Assembly: GCA_021811625.1 (NCBI GenBank)
Contig: JAJZNU010000008.1
Coordinates: 331 to 64,330 of the forward strand
Direction of reading: 5' to 3'
Length of the DNA stretch: 64,000 nucleotides
From: a bacterium
GTDB taxonomy: Bacteria > Patescibacteriota > Saccharimonadia > Saccharimonadales > UBA4665
The position numbers were made by a program, and so were the translations under genes. Position 1 is the stretch's first letter; the number at the start of each line of letters is the position of its first letter. The notes below the pieces were generated by a model, which saw nothing but the letters and a program-made list of their open reading frames with translations, did not search any database and was not told the origin of the DNA. Below are positions 1 to 9,875 of this stretch, piece by piece.

Positions 1-2
1 AC

Positions 3-746
3 ATCCAAGGGGGCTTAAGTGTTGGTGGGAGCGCTAACCTACAAGAGAACGTTGGGGTAGCCGGACAGTTATTGCTAGCTAATACAGCTAATTCAACTAC
101 GGCCTTCCAGATCCAGGATGCTAGCGGGAATGTTATTCTGACGGCTAATACCGTCAACGATAGCATTATTATCGGGTCTGGTTCAAACACGGTGACGCTT
201 AACTCATCCAATGGTATTACTCTAAGTGGCACGGCTCGGCATACCAAACAAATTGTTCTCGTACCGGAATACGCCGGAGCCGTACTTGACAGTGCCGGAG
301 CGCTGAACGACGTTGGTACTATGACATCCGGCTACGATAGTACCCAGAAAGAAAACTATTACCAGTGGACGACGAGTGCTAGCACTAATCAAACATACGA
401 CATCGTAGTACAAATTCCGATCCCGTCGGACTTCAGCGCCTGGGCTTCTTCTGCTCCTCTGACGGTGGATGTTAACACCAGCGATACCACAAACGGCACG
501 GTTGTTGGAACTCTCCTAGACACCTCGGGCGCAGCTGTCACTAACTGGAACACCTGTGCGTTAACTCCTACGGTTACAGGTTGGATCAGATCTGGAGCGG
601 GGGCTATTGACGGGGCTACGTGTGACATTACGTCCGGAACATGGACTCCGGGGTCGCCAAGTACGCTTATGCTTCAATTGCAGGCACCCACCAACGGAAC
701 GACAGAAGTCGGAGACATAATTCTCACTTACCTAACGGCTTACTAA
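3..746 (+). CDS. C-terminal part of a larger secreted/surface protein (5' end outside the window)
   Basis: The frame is open from nt 3 (IQGGLSVGGSANLQENVGVAG...), so the listed TTG at 72 is probably internal. The sequence is Thr/Ser/Asn/Gly-rich with beta-strand-like repeats (SGNVILTANT, SNGITLSG) and has no catalytic motif I recognise. Confidence 0.5.
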   Translation: MQGGLSVGGSANLQENVGVAGQLLLANTANSTTAFQIQDASGNVILTANTVNDSIIIGSGSNTVTLNSSNGITLSGTARHTKQIVLVPEYAGAVLDSAGALNDVGTMTSGYDSTQKENYYQWTTSASTNQTYDIVVQIPIPSDFSAWASSAPLTVDVNTSDTTNGTVVGTLLDTSGAAVTNWNTCALTPTVTGWIRSGAGAIDGATCDITSGTWTPGSPSTLMLQLQAPTNGTTEVGDIILTYLTAY

Positions 747-1029
747 TAGAACCAGAATTAGCTTTGGTCACAAGGCTATCTGTAATACGGACGTAAAACA
801 TGCCCCAATGCCGAAACAAATGCTGGTCGATGCATAGAGTCGGATATGTTTAGACTACAAAAGGCCGCATGGCTGCGCTTCTTAAACGTTCGCTTGCTAA
901 CAAACTGCATCTTTCTAGGACAAGCTTTTGTTGACCAGTGACTTTTCTCGTAACTACTAGAATGGTGTATGGTACTAAGACCATATTAGACTAGCCTTAT
1001 AGTGCTAGTTAAGAATATTTATACCAATG

Positions 1030-1058
1030 TGACAAAGAAGCGTTTGTGCGGGTATAAT
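1030..1058 (+). promoter_or_regulatory. sigma70-like promoter for parAB
   Basis: TGACAA (1030-1035), an exact 17-nt spacer, then a perfect TATAAT (1053-1058). It lies 27 nt upstream of the parA ATG. Confidence 0.45.
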
Positions 1059-1085
1059 GACTAGTGAAGGACAAATGTAATAAAA

Positions 1086-1853
1086 ATGGGTAAAACAATT
1101 GCCGTTATAAACCAAAAGGGTGGGGTTGGTAAAACGACAACCGCCGTCAATGTCGGTACTTATTTAGCCGAGATTGGTCGAACAGTTCTAGTAGTTGACT
1201 TCGACCCGCAAGGAAACGCCACCAGCGGTCTGGGGCTCGATAAGAACGACCTGGGCACATCGGCCTACGAAGTATTATTGGATCCAGCCATACTGGTTGA
1301 TGCTATACATGAGACGAGAACCCCGAATCTTTTTCTGCTACCGGCCAATTCCTCACTGGCGGCCGCCGAGGTAGAGCTCGTTAACTCCCCGATGCGAGAA
1401 TTCAGGTTAAAACAGAGTCTACAGCTAGCCCATTACGATTATATAATCATCGATTGTCCGCCGGCCCTCGGGCTATTGACCATAAACACGCTGGCTGCCG
1501 CTAACTATGCAATTATCCCTGTTCAGGCTGAGTATTACGCCTTAGAAGGTCTTGGACAGCTCCTAAGCGTCATCCAGCGGGTTAGGGAGACGGTAAACCC
1601 AGATCTCGAATTACTTGGTATTATACTAACGATGTACGATAAACGGATAAGTTTAGCGGACCAGGTGATGACTGAGCTGAAAAAACATTTTAAAGATAAA
1701 CTTTTTCAAACGGTGATACCTCGAAATGTTCGCTTAGCGGAGGCGCCGGGTTTTGGTTTGAGCATATTTGATCACGATAAATGGTCGAAGGGGGCCAGGG
1801 CATACAAGCAACTTGCCAAGGAGATAGAAAGTTATGTGCGCAAAACAGATTAA
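1086..1853 (+). CDS. parA: Chromosome partitioning ATPase ParA/Soj
   Basis: Deviant Walker A (MGKTIAVINQKGGVGKTTTAVN) and the DFDPQGNAT motif. It is 255 aa and overlaps the downstream parB by 20 nt. Confidence 0.95.
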   Translation: MGKTIAVINQKGGVGKTTTAVNVGTYLAEIGRTVLVVDFDPQGNATSGLGLDKNDLGTSAYEVLLDPAILVDAIHETRTPNLFLLPANSSLAAAEVELVNSPMREFRLKQSLQLAHYDYIIIDCPPALGLLTINTLAAANYAIIPVQAEYYALEGLGQLLSVIQRVRETVNPDLELLGIILTMYDKRISLADQVMTELKKHFKDKLFQTVIPRNVRLAEAPGFGLSIFDHDKWSKGARAYKQLAKEIESYVRKTD

Positions 1854-2730
1854 ACAAAGAGGATTGGGCAGAGGTTTTGACGTGCTCCTTCCGAAAAACT
1901 TCGATGACTCTTTGCTGCTTGATGCTAGCGAGCGGATTAGGAAAATTAAACTTGACTCGATAATCCCCAATGCTGCTCAACCTAGAAGTCACTTCAATCC
2001 AAAAGATACCGAAGAGCTAGCTGCGTCCATAAAGAGACACGGTGTACTGCAGCCGATAATTGTCACTCCTCAAGAGGAAGGGACGGGTAAATATAAGATA
2101 GTAGCCGGGGAGAGAAGGTGGCGCGCCGCTAAACAAGCCGGTCTAAGCGAGATACCTACTATAGTCCGCTCTCTTAAGGATCTGGAGCGTTTAGAAATTG
2201 CCCTTGTCGAAAATGTCCAACGGGTTGATCTTTCCCCCTTGGAGCAGGCTGATGCCATTGAAATGCTGCATAGACAACTCAGTGTCAGTTATGAAAATAT
2301 AGCTACCAGATTAGGTAAGGCGTCGTCGACAGTTGTAAATACCGCCCGTCTAGTGCATCTACCCGAGGACGCAAAACAAGCCCTTAGGAATGAGCAGATC
2401 ACCGAAGGACATGCCCGGCAAATTCTCTCAGTGAAGGACTATTCCGGCAAACAAAGCGAGCTGTTGAACCTGATTATTAAAAACGGTTGGTCGGTCAGAC
2501 AAGCCGAAAGATTCGTGGCGGCTCTTAAAGACAGTGCTCCCGATACGAAGTCAGAGGTCGTTAGCAGGAAAATAAGGAGCGAGACGCCTGAGACTAAATT
2601 ACTGGGTAAGCGATTAAAAGCACCGGTCGCTATCAGATTTATGGCACATGGAGGGAAGCTTGAGATTAGTTTCAAATCGGCGACTGAATTGGAGCGGTTA
2701 CTCCGGGATCTAAACAAGGGGTTAAGTTAG
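1834..2730 (+). CDS. parB: Chromosome partitioning protein ParB/Spo0J
   Basis: GLGRGFDVLL N-terminal box and the ParB-box KIVAGERRWRAAKQAGL. An HTH region follows, and the gene sits directly after parA. Confidence 0.93.
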   Translation: MCAKQIKQRGLGRGFDVLLPKNFDDSLLLDASERIRKIKLDSIIPNAAQPRSHFNPKDTEELAASIKRHGVLQPIIVTPQEEGTGKYKIVAGERRWRAAKQAGLSEIPTIVRSLKDLERLEIALVENVQRVDLSPLEQADAIEMLHRQLSVSYENIATRLGKASSTVVNTARLVHLPEDAKQALRNEQITEGHARQILSVKDYSGKQSELLNLIIKNGWSVRQAERFVAALKDSAPDTKSEVVSRKIRSETPETKLLGKRLKAPVAIRFMAHGGKLEISFKSATELERLLRDLNKGLS

Positions 2731-2904
2731 GTCGTTTTGCCAATCAGCGTTTGCTGATATGGGGTTTTCAATAGTATTGTGACCTTGCCACGCTGTGGGG
2801 CATTACAAGCCGTAATACACTCAGCATATAAATCCTATCAGTGTTTTATAGTAGAAAAAAAGAGATATGAAGTTAGCTCGCACCAGCCCTAGAGTCAATG
2901 CAAA

Positions 2905-3636
2905 CTAGAACTTCTCAATCTCATTGACGGGTGTAATACGAACCACTAATTGTCCGATTATATCGTTAACAGATACCGGGCCGAATATTCTTGAATCCAA
3001 CGAGTTGGTCCTATTGTCGCCGCAGACAAAAATTTGTCCGGGCTTGATCGTCCAGCTCGCGTCGTCGGGAGTGGTACCAATGGCCTTGCCGTAGGGCAGT
3101 GTCCTATCGGGATCAAAACCGTTGGGATGTTTCTTATTGTAGATGGTTACCACGCCGTTTTTAACGACAACACGATCGCCGGGCAGTCCAATAACGCGTT
3201 TAATAAGTTGTTCTGACGTATTGCTCCCCGCTCCATAGAGATTGTGCTCGGTGAATATTACTATATCTCCTCGCTTGGGGACATATGGATGACCGGTAAT
3301 CCTCGCCCAGGTTCTCGGCAGTTCCCAGACTATTAGACGATTACCGTTTTGGAGTGTAGGCAACATGCTTGATCCATCAACCTGATACTGCTGGAAGACG
3401 AATTGCCGGAACAGATATGCTAAGCCAAAAAGCGCTATGATTACGACCAAAAACAGGTAAACATTTAACCACTCCCGGCGATGACGCTGACTTCTCGTTT
3501 CTCGTTGCGGTGCGTAGCCGGCTTGACCGACATCCTGATTACTCTTCGGTGACAGTTCAGAAGGCATCGATTTTATAGCCTTCGATGGTTTGAGCTCTTT
3601 TAGTCTTCGGCGCATAGTATGAATTAGATTGTACAT
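2905..3636 (-). CDS. lepB: Signal peptidase I (S26)
   Basis: DGSSMLPTL (Ser nucleophile), KRVIGLPGD (Lys) and GDNRTNSLDSR boxes, with one N-terminal TM. The start is set at ATG 3636 (MYNLIH...). The longer 324-aa ORF would run across the divergent gene start at 3676. Confidence 0.88.
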   Translation of the reverse strand: MYNLIHTMRRRLKELKPSKAIKSMPSELSPKSNQDVGQAGYAPQRETRSQRHRREWLNVYLFLVVIIALFGLAYLFRQFVFQQYQVDGSSMLPTLQNGNRLIVWELPRTWARITGHPYVPKRGDIVIFTEHNLYGAGSNTSEQLIKRVIGLPGDRVVVKNGVVTIYNKKHPNGFDPDRTLPYGKAIGTTPDDASWTIKPGQIFVCGDNRTNSLDSRIFGPVSVNDIIGQLVVRITPVNEIEKF

Positions 3637-3675
3637 GTTTACGACGCTAAGCGAAACCGTTATACTAAACTTTAC

Positions 3676-5352
3676 ATGCCCACGGACAATTATAAGCGTC
3701 CGGCTCATAGTGTTCCGCGTCGGTCTATTGATGGTTTTGTACGAAGCAGACCTCCTAGGACAGTCAGATCGGCGCCACACAATGCAGTCAGGATGCCTGA
3801 AAACTACGGACCATACCAGGGGGTTACAAAACCAATCCCGAGTCGTGAAAGCGCCTTGCCGGCATCGGCTATCACGCAAGAGGAGAACGGCCGCCCGGCG
3901 GTTCAGTCTGTTGATCAGCCCTCACTGCTAAATAGGAATCTGGCCTCCAATCGTCCGTTATTGGCATCTAACGACCGAGATCAGAAACGCTTACTCAGGC
4001 ATAAAGGGCATCGATTGAGGAGATGGTCGTTCAGGGCGTCGCTGGCAATAGTGACGGCAGTGGTCGTGATGGGTGGATTCCTGGTCATTAAGGGCTATAT
4101 CAAGCTACACGAGGTGTTTCATGGTGGAGGAACGGCCGCCGCATTGCAGGCCAATGTCAACCCCGACCAACTTAAGACCGAGGGGGATGGGCGGGTTAAT
4201 ATCCTGATCCTGGGAATCGGAGGGGCTGGTCACGATGGTCCGGATTTAACAGACACAATGTTGCTTGCCAGCATCGATCCCGTTAACAACAAGGCTGACT
4301 TATTAAGTGTGCCGCGAGATCTGTGGGTAAAGATGCCCAACAACTATATAGCCAATTACCAGAAAATAAATGCCGCGTATGAGTCGGGAAAGTATAAGTT
4401 CCTGGGGACCGAAGACTCGAGTAACTCTAATCAGCAGGCTGTCGAAGCCGGGTTTAAAGCCGTTGATGGTGTAGTAAGCAATGTACTTGGTATCCCCATT
4501 GATTATAACGTTTTAGTGGACTTTCAGGCCTTTCAGCAAGCAGTCGATACAGTCGGCGGAGTTACCCTAGATGTTCCTACAGAACTCTATGATCCGACCA
4601 TGGCCTGGGAAAATAACTGGAACCCGGTGCTGGCTATGCCCGGCGTCCAAACTATGAACGGCGCTCAAGCTCTGAACTATGCAAGGTCTCGCGAAACTAC
4701 TTCGGATTTTGCGCGTACCCAGCGCCAGAGGGCAATATTACTGGCGCTCAAGCAAAAAGTATTAACTCTCGGAACACTCAGCAATCCCCTAAAAATCTCC
4801 AGTTTGATCAGCGATTTCGGAGATAACGTAAGAACGGATATCAGCTTGAGCGACGCCGAAGCACTTTACGGCCTAATGCAAAAGATATCCAACAGCGATA
4901 TTCAATCCATCGGGTTAGCCGATCCACCGAATAACTATGTAACAACGGGAGCCATAGACGGTTTATCGGTAGTTGAACCGACAGCAGGTGAATTTAATTA
5001 CAGTCAGATCCAGTCTTATGTCCGCAATACTTTAAGAGATGGTTATTTGGCCAAGGAGAACGCCAATATAGAGGTACTTAATGGCACAAACGTCCCCGGT
5101 CTCTCTAACAAGGTGGCGGCAACTTTGAAGTCGTACGGCTACAACGTCGGCTATGTAGGTGATGCACCAACGACCGACTATCAGCAAACTATAATTGTTG
5201 ATTTGACAAATGGCCGCGATAAATACACTAGCAATTATTTACAAAACCGCTTTGGGGTTAAGACGGTATCTTCACTCCCGGACAAGTCTATAACCCCCGG
5301 GAACGCCCAGTTTGTTATAATAGTTGGACAGAATGAGGCAAATACTAACTAA
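3676..5352 (+). CDS. LytR-CpsA-Psr (LCP) family cell-wall glycopolymer ligase with C-terminal LytR_C-like domain
   Basis: One TM, then ILILGIGG...DLTDTMLLASIDP...LLSVPRDLWV...MNGAQALNYARSRE...DFARTQRQRAIL. The C-terminal IEVLNGTNVPGLSNKVAATLKSYGY segment resembles a LytR_C module. Confidence 0.88.
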   Translation: MPTDNYKRPAHSVPRRSIDGFVRSRPPRTVRSAPHNAVRMPENYGPYQGVTKPIPSRESALPASAITQEENGRPAVQSVDQPSLLNRNLASNRPLLASNDRDQKRLLRHKGHRLRRWSFRASLAIVTAVVVMGGFLVIKGYIKLHEVFHGGGTAAALQANVNPDQLKTEGDGRVNILILGIGGAGHDGPDLTDTMLLASIDPVNNKADLLSVPRDLWVKMPNNYIANYQKINAAYESGKYKFLGTEDSSNSNQQAVEAGFKAVDGVVSNVLGIPIDYNVLVDFQAFQQAVDTVGGVTLDVPTELYDPTMAWENNWNPVLAMPGVQTMNGAQALNYARSRETTSDFARTQRQRAILLALKQKVLTLGTLSNPLKISSLISDFGDNVRTDISLSDAEALYGLMQKISNSDIQSIGLADPPNNYVTTGAIDGLSVVEPTAGEFNYSQIQSYVRNTLRDGYLAKENANIEVLNGTNVPGLSNKVAATLKSYGYNVGYVGDAPTTDYQQTIIVDLTNGRDKYTSNYLQNRFGVKTVSSLPDKSITPGNAQFVIIVGQNEANTN

Positions 5353-6088
5353 GCTTAAGCCGACCGGTGGATTTGCTCATGTAGTCCACATTGGTCTTAA
5401 CGCCCTATTGCCAATAGTTGTGTTCATCCTAGTCCGCCTAAACAATGTTTTTATCCAGGTAGCCTTGGCCATAATATTGTTAAGTAAATGGCGTATGTTA
5501 GCGGTAAACTTAAGATACTGGCCAGCAAACATCAGAGCCAATGGTATTGATCTGATGGTTGGTATGTCGACGTTAATCTTTATGATTCATACCACCAGTG
5601 TTACCTGGCAGCTGCTGTGGGTTGTGTTGTACGGGGCCTGGCTTATTGGACTTAAACCGATGGGTAACACGATCGGTGTAGCGGCTCAAGCCGGCATCGG
5701 GCAATTGTTTGGCCTGATGGCTTTATTCATTGAGTGGCCTGCCGCCCCCGCTTACGGATTGGTATTAGGCGGCGGAATAATCTGCTACGTTGCCGCTCGC
5801 CATTTCTTCAATAGCTTTGATGAACCGTACAGCCGTTTACTGTCTTATATATGGGGATATTTTGCCGCTGCTTTAATTTGGATACTAAGTCACTGGCTAT
5901 TATTTTACGGCGTCATCGCTCAGCCGACGTTATTGCTGTCGGTGGTCGGTTATGGTGCCGCGGTCCTTTATTATATCGATCATTTTAATATGTCTTCGAA
6001 ATCTCTACGCCGACAGATCGTTTTTGTTATGATAGCCGTAATAACAGTGGTTCTAACGCTATCTAACTGGCGGGACAGGGTAGTTTAA
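5333..6088 (+). CDS. Polytopic membrane protein, unknown function
   Basis: About 7 hydrophobic helices and no motif I recognise. ATG 5333 is preferred over TTG 5324 because a TATAAT box sits at 5316-5321. Confidence 0.5.
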   Translation: MRQILTKLKPTGGFAHVVHIGLNALLPIVVFILVRLNNVFIQVALAIILLSKWRMLAVNLRYWPANIRANGIDLMVGMSTLIFMIHTTSVTWQLLWVVLYGAWLIGLKPMGNTIGVAAQAGIGQLFGLMALFIEWPAAPAYGLVLGGGIICYVAARHFFNSFDEPYSRLLSYIWGYFAAALIWILSHWLLFYGVIAQPTLLLSVVGYGAAVLYYIDHFNMSSKSLRRQIVFVMIAVITVVLTLSNWRDRVV

Positions 6089-6106
6089 ACAGGGGAGGGA
6101 GGACAT

Positions 6107-7450
6107 ATGTCAGAAGATCAGGAATTAAATAACACACAACCAGAAAAGACCGAAGACCAGAGTACGGTTGATTGGCACCCGACACACGAAGGTCTACTAA
6201 CAACCGGGCATCAAAAGGGAATCAGTTTGCCTCCAGAGCTGAGTGGCTATCGAGGGAAGCATAGCGGGTATCTACGCCCTGAGTTCAAGAGAGTCAAGTT
6301 TCTAGCAGTTGCCGGCATAGTTATAGTTGGACTAGCCTCGGGCTACCTGGGAGGGTGGATTGCAGCCGATCATAATAATAACCAAAGCGACAACACTACG
6401 CCGATTTCTTCTAAACAGACGGTAGTAAGCAGTACTAGTCAGGTTATTAGCCGGATAGCTAAGGTTGTCGGTCAGAGCGTTGTTTCGGTTAACGTTACTT
6501 CGCAAACCCCCACCAGCGGTATCTATAATATTTTCGGTGGAACCGGTGGTGCAACGACCCAGCAAGATGCCGGTACAGGGATAATACTATCGGCGGATGG
6601 GCTAATAATAACTAACCGGCACGTTATTCCTGTCGGCACTACAAATGTTAGTGTGACTTTGTCAGATGGTACCCAGTACAATAACGTTAAAGTTGTCGGA
6701 CGAACCAGCAACAGCGACAGTCTGGACATTGCTTTCCTTCAGATACAAAATCTCAACGGACGTAAATTAGTCCCCGTAACGCTGGGTGACTCCAGTCAGA
6801 TGCAGGTAGGGGATCAGGTCGTGGCCATAGGTAACGCGTTAGGACAATTCCAAAATACTGTCACCAGCGGTATCATTTCGGGTTACGGTCGTAGTGTTCA
6901 AGCCAGCGATAGTACCGGTACTACTTCGGAAAACCTCAGTGATCTGTTCCAGACTGATGCGGCGATAAATCAGGGAAACTCCGGTGGTCCCTTAGTTAAC
7001 CTCAGCGGGCAGGTTATCGGTATTAATACAGCTATTGCCACCAATTCGCAGAACATTGGCTTTGCAATACCGATCAACGACGTTACTGGGCTGATCAAGG
7101 GCGTAGAGCAAACGGGTAAGCTAGAACAGCCTTATCTGGGAGTGATTTATATACCGATAACCAGTGATATCGCCCAACAATACAACTTGAGTGCGACATC
7201 GGGAGCCTGGGTTCCACCGTCGGGTATAGTGGGCCAGACGGCGGTAATATCCGGCGGTCCAGCAGATAAAGCAGGAGTCAAACCCGGGGATATAATAACC
7301 GCTATTAATGGTAAAGCGATCAATCAGACTACCAGTTTAACGTCGATAATCGATCAGCAGTCAGTAGGGAATACCGTTACCCTAACGATCAATCGGAGTG
7401 GTAGCACTATCACACTCAAGGCCGTGCTGGGAACGGCTCCGACGAGCTGA
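6107..7450 (+). CDS. htrA: HtrA/DegP-family serine protease with PDZ domain, membrane anchored
   Basis: Strong SD (GGAGGGAGG) and an N-terminal TM. Triad context is TNRHV / DIAFLQI / GNSGGPLVN. A C-terminal PDZ is present (GGPADKAGVKPGDIITAING). Confidence 0.92.
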   Translation: MSEDQELNNTQPEKTEDQSTVDWHPTHEGLLTTGHQKGISLPPELSGYRGKHSGYLRPEFKRVKFLAVAGIVIVGLASGYLGGWIAADHNNNQSDNTTPISSKQTVVSSTSQVISRIAKVVGQSVVSVNVTSQTPTSGIYNIFGGTGGATTQQDAGTGIILSADGLIITNRHVIPVGTTNVSVTLSDGTQYNNVKVVGRTSNSDSLDIAFLQIQNLNGRKLVPVTLGDSSQMQVGDQVVAIGNALGQFQNTVTSGIISGYGRSVQASDSTGTTSENLSDLFQTDAAINQGNSGGPLVNLSGQVIGINTAIATNSQNIGFAIPINDVTGLIKGVEQTGKLEQPYLGVIYIPITSDIAQQYNLSATSGAWVPPSGIVGQTAVISGGPADKAGVKPGDIITAINGKAINQTTSLTSIIDQQSVGNTVTLTINRSGSTITLKAVLGTAPTS

Positions 7451-8300
7451 AAACCTGAATAAAATCGTCGGTCTCTAGGAGTTTAAATCCGGCAGCGCGA
7501 GCGACGCTGGTCAAGGCTTCATGCTGAGGCGGCAAGGATTCAGTCATAATTAACCGGGGTGTAGGGCTAAAGTCTTTGGCTTGATCAAACAGCTCCCGAT
7601 AAATATCTATCCCATCCGGACCGCCAAAAATGGCGGTTCTGGGTTCCAGAAGTGCGGCGTCGTTGATTTGAAAGTCATCGGGAACGTAGGGAAGATTACA
7701 GAGTAGTATATAGACAGTCTCCGTTGGGCGGGTACCTTGGTCATGTATGGCAGACAAGAGATTACCCTTCAGGACTTCGAGCGATACCCCGTGTTTAGCG
7801 GAATTAATATTTGTAACTTCCAGACATCCCGGATCGATATCAATGGCAATAACATGGCAGTCGGCAATTTCTTTCACCGCGGTGATTCCCAGGGCGCCGC
7901 TGCCGCAGCCAACGTCTACGACCGTCATCTTCCTCTGAAAATTCTTATCGACAGAATTATATTTCTTGAGAAGATCAATCATCGTCTCGCTTTCAGGGCG
8001 TGGCTCTAAGACTCGGCGATCGATATAAAATTCACGTCTATAAAATTCGGATTTACTCCGTATGTACGCGAGAGGTTCATGTTTTGCCCGACGCCGGACC
8101 ATTCGATTTAATCCAGCCAGGTTGGTAAGTCCGCACTGGGCTACTGCATCTTTGAGTTCAAGCTGTGGATTTGCCAGCAACCAACCGCGGTCCTTCCCGG
8201 TTGCGTCTTCTAAAAGGACCAGAAGATCCAGTCGCGAAGTAGGGTCGCCGGCGGTGTCCAGCAATTTGATATTTGACGCTAGCCAGTCACTGAGCTGCAT
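7416..8300 (-). CDS. prmC: Release-factor glutamine N5-methyltransferase PrmC/HemK
   Basis: SAM motif VVDVGCGSGALG. The motif IV variant is NLPYV where NPPY is usual. The gene lies immediately downstream of prfA. Confidence 0.85.
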   Translation of the reverse strand: MQLSDWLASNIKLLDTAGDPTSRLDLLVLLEDATGKDRGWLLANPQLELKDAVAQCGLTNLAGLNRMVRRRAKHEPLAYIRSKSEFYRREFYIDRRVLEPRPESETMIDLLKKYNSVDKNFQRKMTVVDVGCGSGALGITAVKEIADCHVIAIDIDPGCLEVTNINSAKHGVSLEVLKGNLLSAIHDQGTRPTETVYILLCNLPYVPDDFQINDAALLEPRTAIFGGPDGIDIYRELFDQAKDFSPTPRLIMTESLPPQHEALTSVARAAGFKLLETDDFIQVFSSSEPFPARP

Positions 8301-8306
8301 AGAGTC

Positions 8307-9362
8307 CTACTTTTTAACAAGGTCTAGCTCAGCGGTCTGGAGCTTTTCAATAATATCGTCTATGTCTCCGGTAAGTGCTGCCGGAATATTGGATCGACTG
8401 TAACCAATGCGGTGGTCGGTAATACGGTCCTGAGGGAAGTTGTAGGTTCGGATTTTTTCACTACGGTCACCAGAACCGATTAAACTCTTGCGTTGATCGC
8501 TGAGCTGGCTCTGCTCTTCTTCTATCTTTCGAGCCAATAGACGTGATCTAAGAACCGATAAAGCCTTATCTTTGTTCTTGATTTGGGATTTTTCGTCTTG
8601 GCAGGTCACAACGATACCGGTAGGCAAGTGCGTTATTCTTACGGCCGAATCGGTCGTGTTAACACTCTGACCGCCGTGTCCTGATGAACGATAAACATCA
8701 ATGCGAAGGTCCGCCGGGTTGATATCGATATCAGTTTCTTCGGCTTCTGGTAAGACGGCGACCGTTACAGTGGAGGTATGGATGCGACCCTGACTCTCAG
8801 TTGAAGGTATCCGTTGAACCCTATGGACACCACCTTCGAACTTTAGACGTTTGTAAACATCCTGGCCGTGCATTTCGAAAATTATTTCTTTAAAACCGCC
8901 AACTTCTGAGGGGCTTTCGCTAACCAGCTCCAGACTAACGCCGTGGTTTTCGGCCCATTTTGCGTACATTCTGTACAAATCTCCAGCGAATAGACTGGCT
9001 TCATCTCCGCCCGCAGCCGCTCGAATCTCCATAATAACGTCGCGTTTGTCGTTGGGATCTTTCGGAGTCAATGTCTCACTGAGTTGTTCGACGATCTTAT
9101 GCTTTAGTTCAGAAAGTTTTTCGACCTCGTTTTTGGCAAGCGCGGCTATCTCGGGGTCAGAATCGTAGAGTAGTCCCTCGGCTTCCAATAACTTCCTTTC
9201 GACATCATCTTTGTCAGAGAATAACCTGAGAGTTTCTTCTATAAATGATTGGCGCCTAGCAAGCTTGGGATATTCCTTGGAGCTATATATAGCCGGATCT
9301 TGCAGTCGTGTCTGAATCTCGGTTAGTTCGTTTTGCAGTTCTGATTGTTTGCTGTCATCCAT
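8307..9362 (-). CDS. prfA: Peptide chain release factor 1
   Basis: GGQ loop ([24 protein letters not shown]) and a PST tripeptide ([15 protein letters not shown]), which is the RF1-type PxT motif. Confidence 0.95.
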   Translation of the reverse strand: MDDSKQSELQNELTEIQTRLQDPAIYSSKEYPKLARRQSFIEETLRLFSDKDDVERKLLEAEGLLYDSDPEIAALAKNEVEKLSELKHKIVEQLSETLTPKDPNDKRDVIMEIRAAAGGDEASLFAGDLYRMYAKWAENHGVSLELVSESPSEVGGFKEIIFEMHGQDVYKRLKFEGGVHRVQRIPSTESQGRIHTSTVTVAVLPEAEETDIDINPADLRIDVYRSSGHGGQSVNTTDSAVRITHLPTGIVVTCQDEKSQIKNKDKALSVLRSRLLARKIEEEQSQLSDQRKSLIGSGDRSEKIRTYNFPQDRITDHRIGYSRSNIPAALTGDIDDIIEKLQTAELDLVKK

Positions 9363-9441
9363 AAGGCAATCTAATTATAGCTAATAAACACTAATACCAG
9401 GCAATCTATTGTCGACCCCGCTGAGTGAATATTGGGCTATA

Positions 9442-9783
9442 TTACTTGTTGCCTTGACGGGCGACGGACTTTTCGGATCTATTAACGGCTCGCCTGGTAA
9501 TCTTTTTGGCAGCTGAAGCTCGTTTTTCTCGTGCGGCTTTACCGGCTTCGGCTCGGGCTTTGAATTTATCTACGCGACCCTCGATGTCAAGAACGCGCTC
9601 CTCACCGGTAAAGAAAGGGTGCGAGCTGCTGGATACATGAACCTTGATCAGGGGATACTTTACGCCGTCCAATTCTATTGTCTCATCTGTTTGGGCGGTT
9701 GATCGCGTCAAGAACGTAGCCCCATTATTGAGGTCTTGAAAGACTACTGGGCGGTAGCTGTCAGGGTGGATGGATTGTTTCAT
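9442..9783 (-). CDS. rpmE: 50S ribosomal protein L31, type B (no CxxC zinc motif) with long basic C-terminal tail
   Basis: [17 protein letters not shown]...[24 protein letters not shown]. The start is at ATG 9783. There are no Cys pairs, and the tail is about 35 aa and Lys/Arg/Ala-rich. Confidence 0.88.
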   Translation of the reverse strand: MKQSIHPDSYRPVVFQDLNNGATFLTRSTAQTDETIELDGVKYPLIKVHVSSSSHPFFTGEERVLDIEGRVDKFKARAEAGKAAREKRASAAKKITRRAVNRSEKSVARQGNK

Positions 9784-9875
9784 GAAGCAAATTGTATCTG
9801 TTTTACGGTGAAAAGTCAAAGCAAAAAACTATATTTTGCTATAATGTAGCTTGGACCCAAAAAATAAAAAATAAA

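Noticed and set aside
747-1085. I searched for parS (TGTTNCACGTGAAACA-like) near parAB, and for tRNA, rRNA and CRISPR features in all spacers.
   Set aside because: No 16-mer close to the parS consensus was found by eye. The only CACGTG core (about 63789) has the wrong flanks. No cloverleaf-compatible or repeat-spacer pattern was seen. A tRNAscan, Infernal or pattern search would be needed to exclude them formally.
2743-2768. There are short hairpins after parB (ATCAGC-GTTT-GCTGAT), after tsf (CTTGC-CGA-GCAAG at about 14713-14725), after recO (GGGG-CAAAAT-CCCC at 47061-47074), and a nested stem after prfB (30868-30914). I considered them as intrinsic terminators.
   Set aside because: The stems are only 4-7 bp, or they lack a following U-tract. 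They are too weak to call as terminators without energy calculations or Term-seq.
2905-3879. Several listed ORFs have long N-terminal extensions: lepB to 3879, 9792 for the cohesin protein, 13980 for tsf, 22379 for the HAD gene, 48983 for the NYN gene and 61169 for murG.
   Set aside because: The extensions overlap the preceding or divergent gene or its promoter, and they lack homology-like sequence. Internal ATGs with an SD or a -10 context give canonical N-termini (MTVDISSIKRL, MANVIFDFDGT, MTIILTGGGSGGH, and so on).
7416-7450. The htrA and prmC 3' ends overlap convergently by 35 nt.
   Set aside because: This is plausible in a compact genome. It could also reflect a slightly long prmC C-terminus, since its last residues are unconserved-looking. 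It is not evidence of anything unusual.
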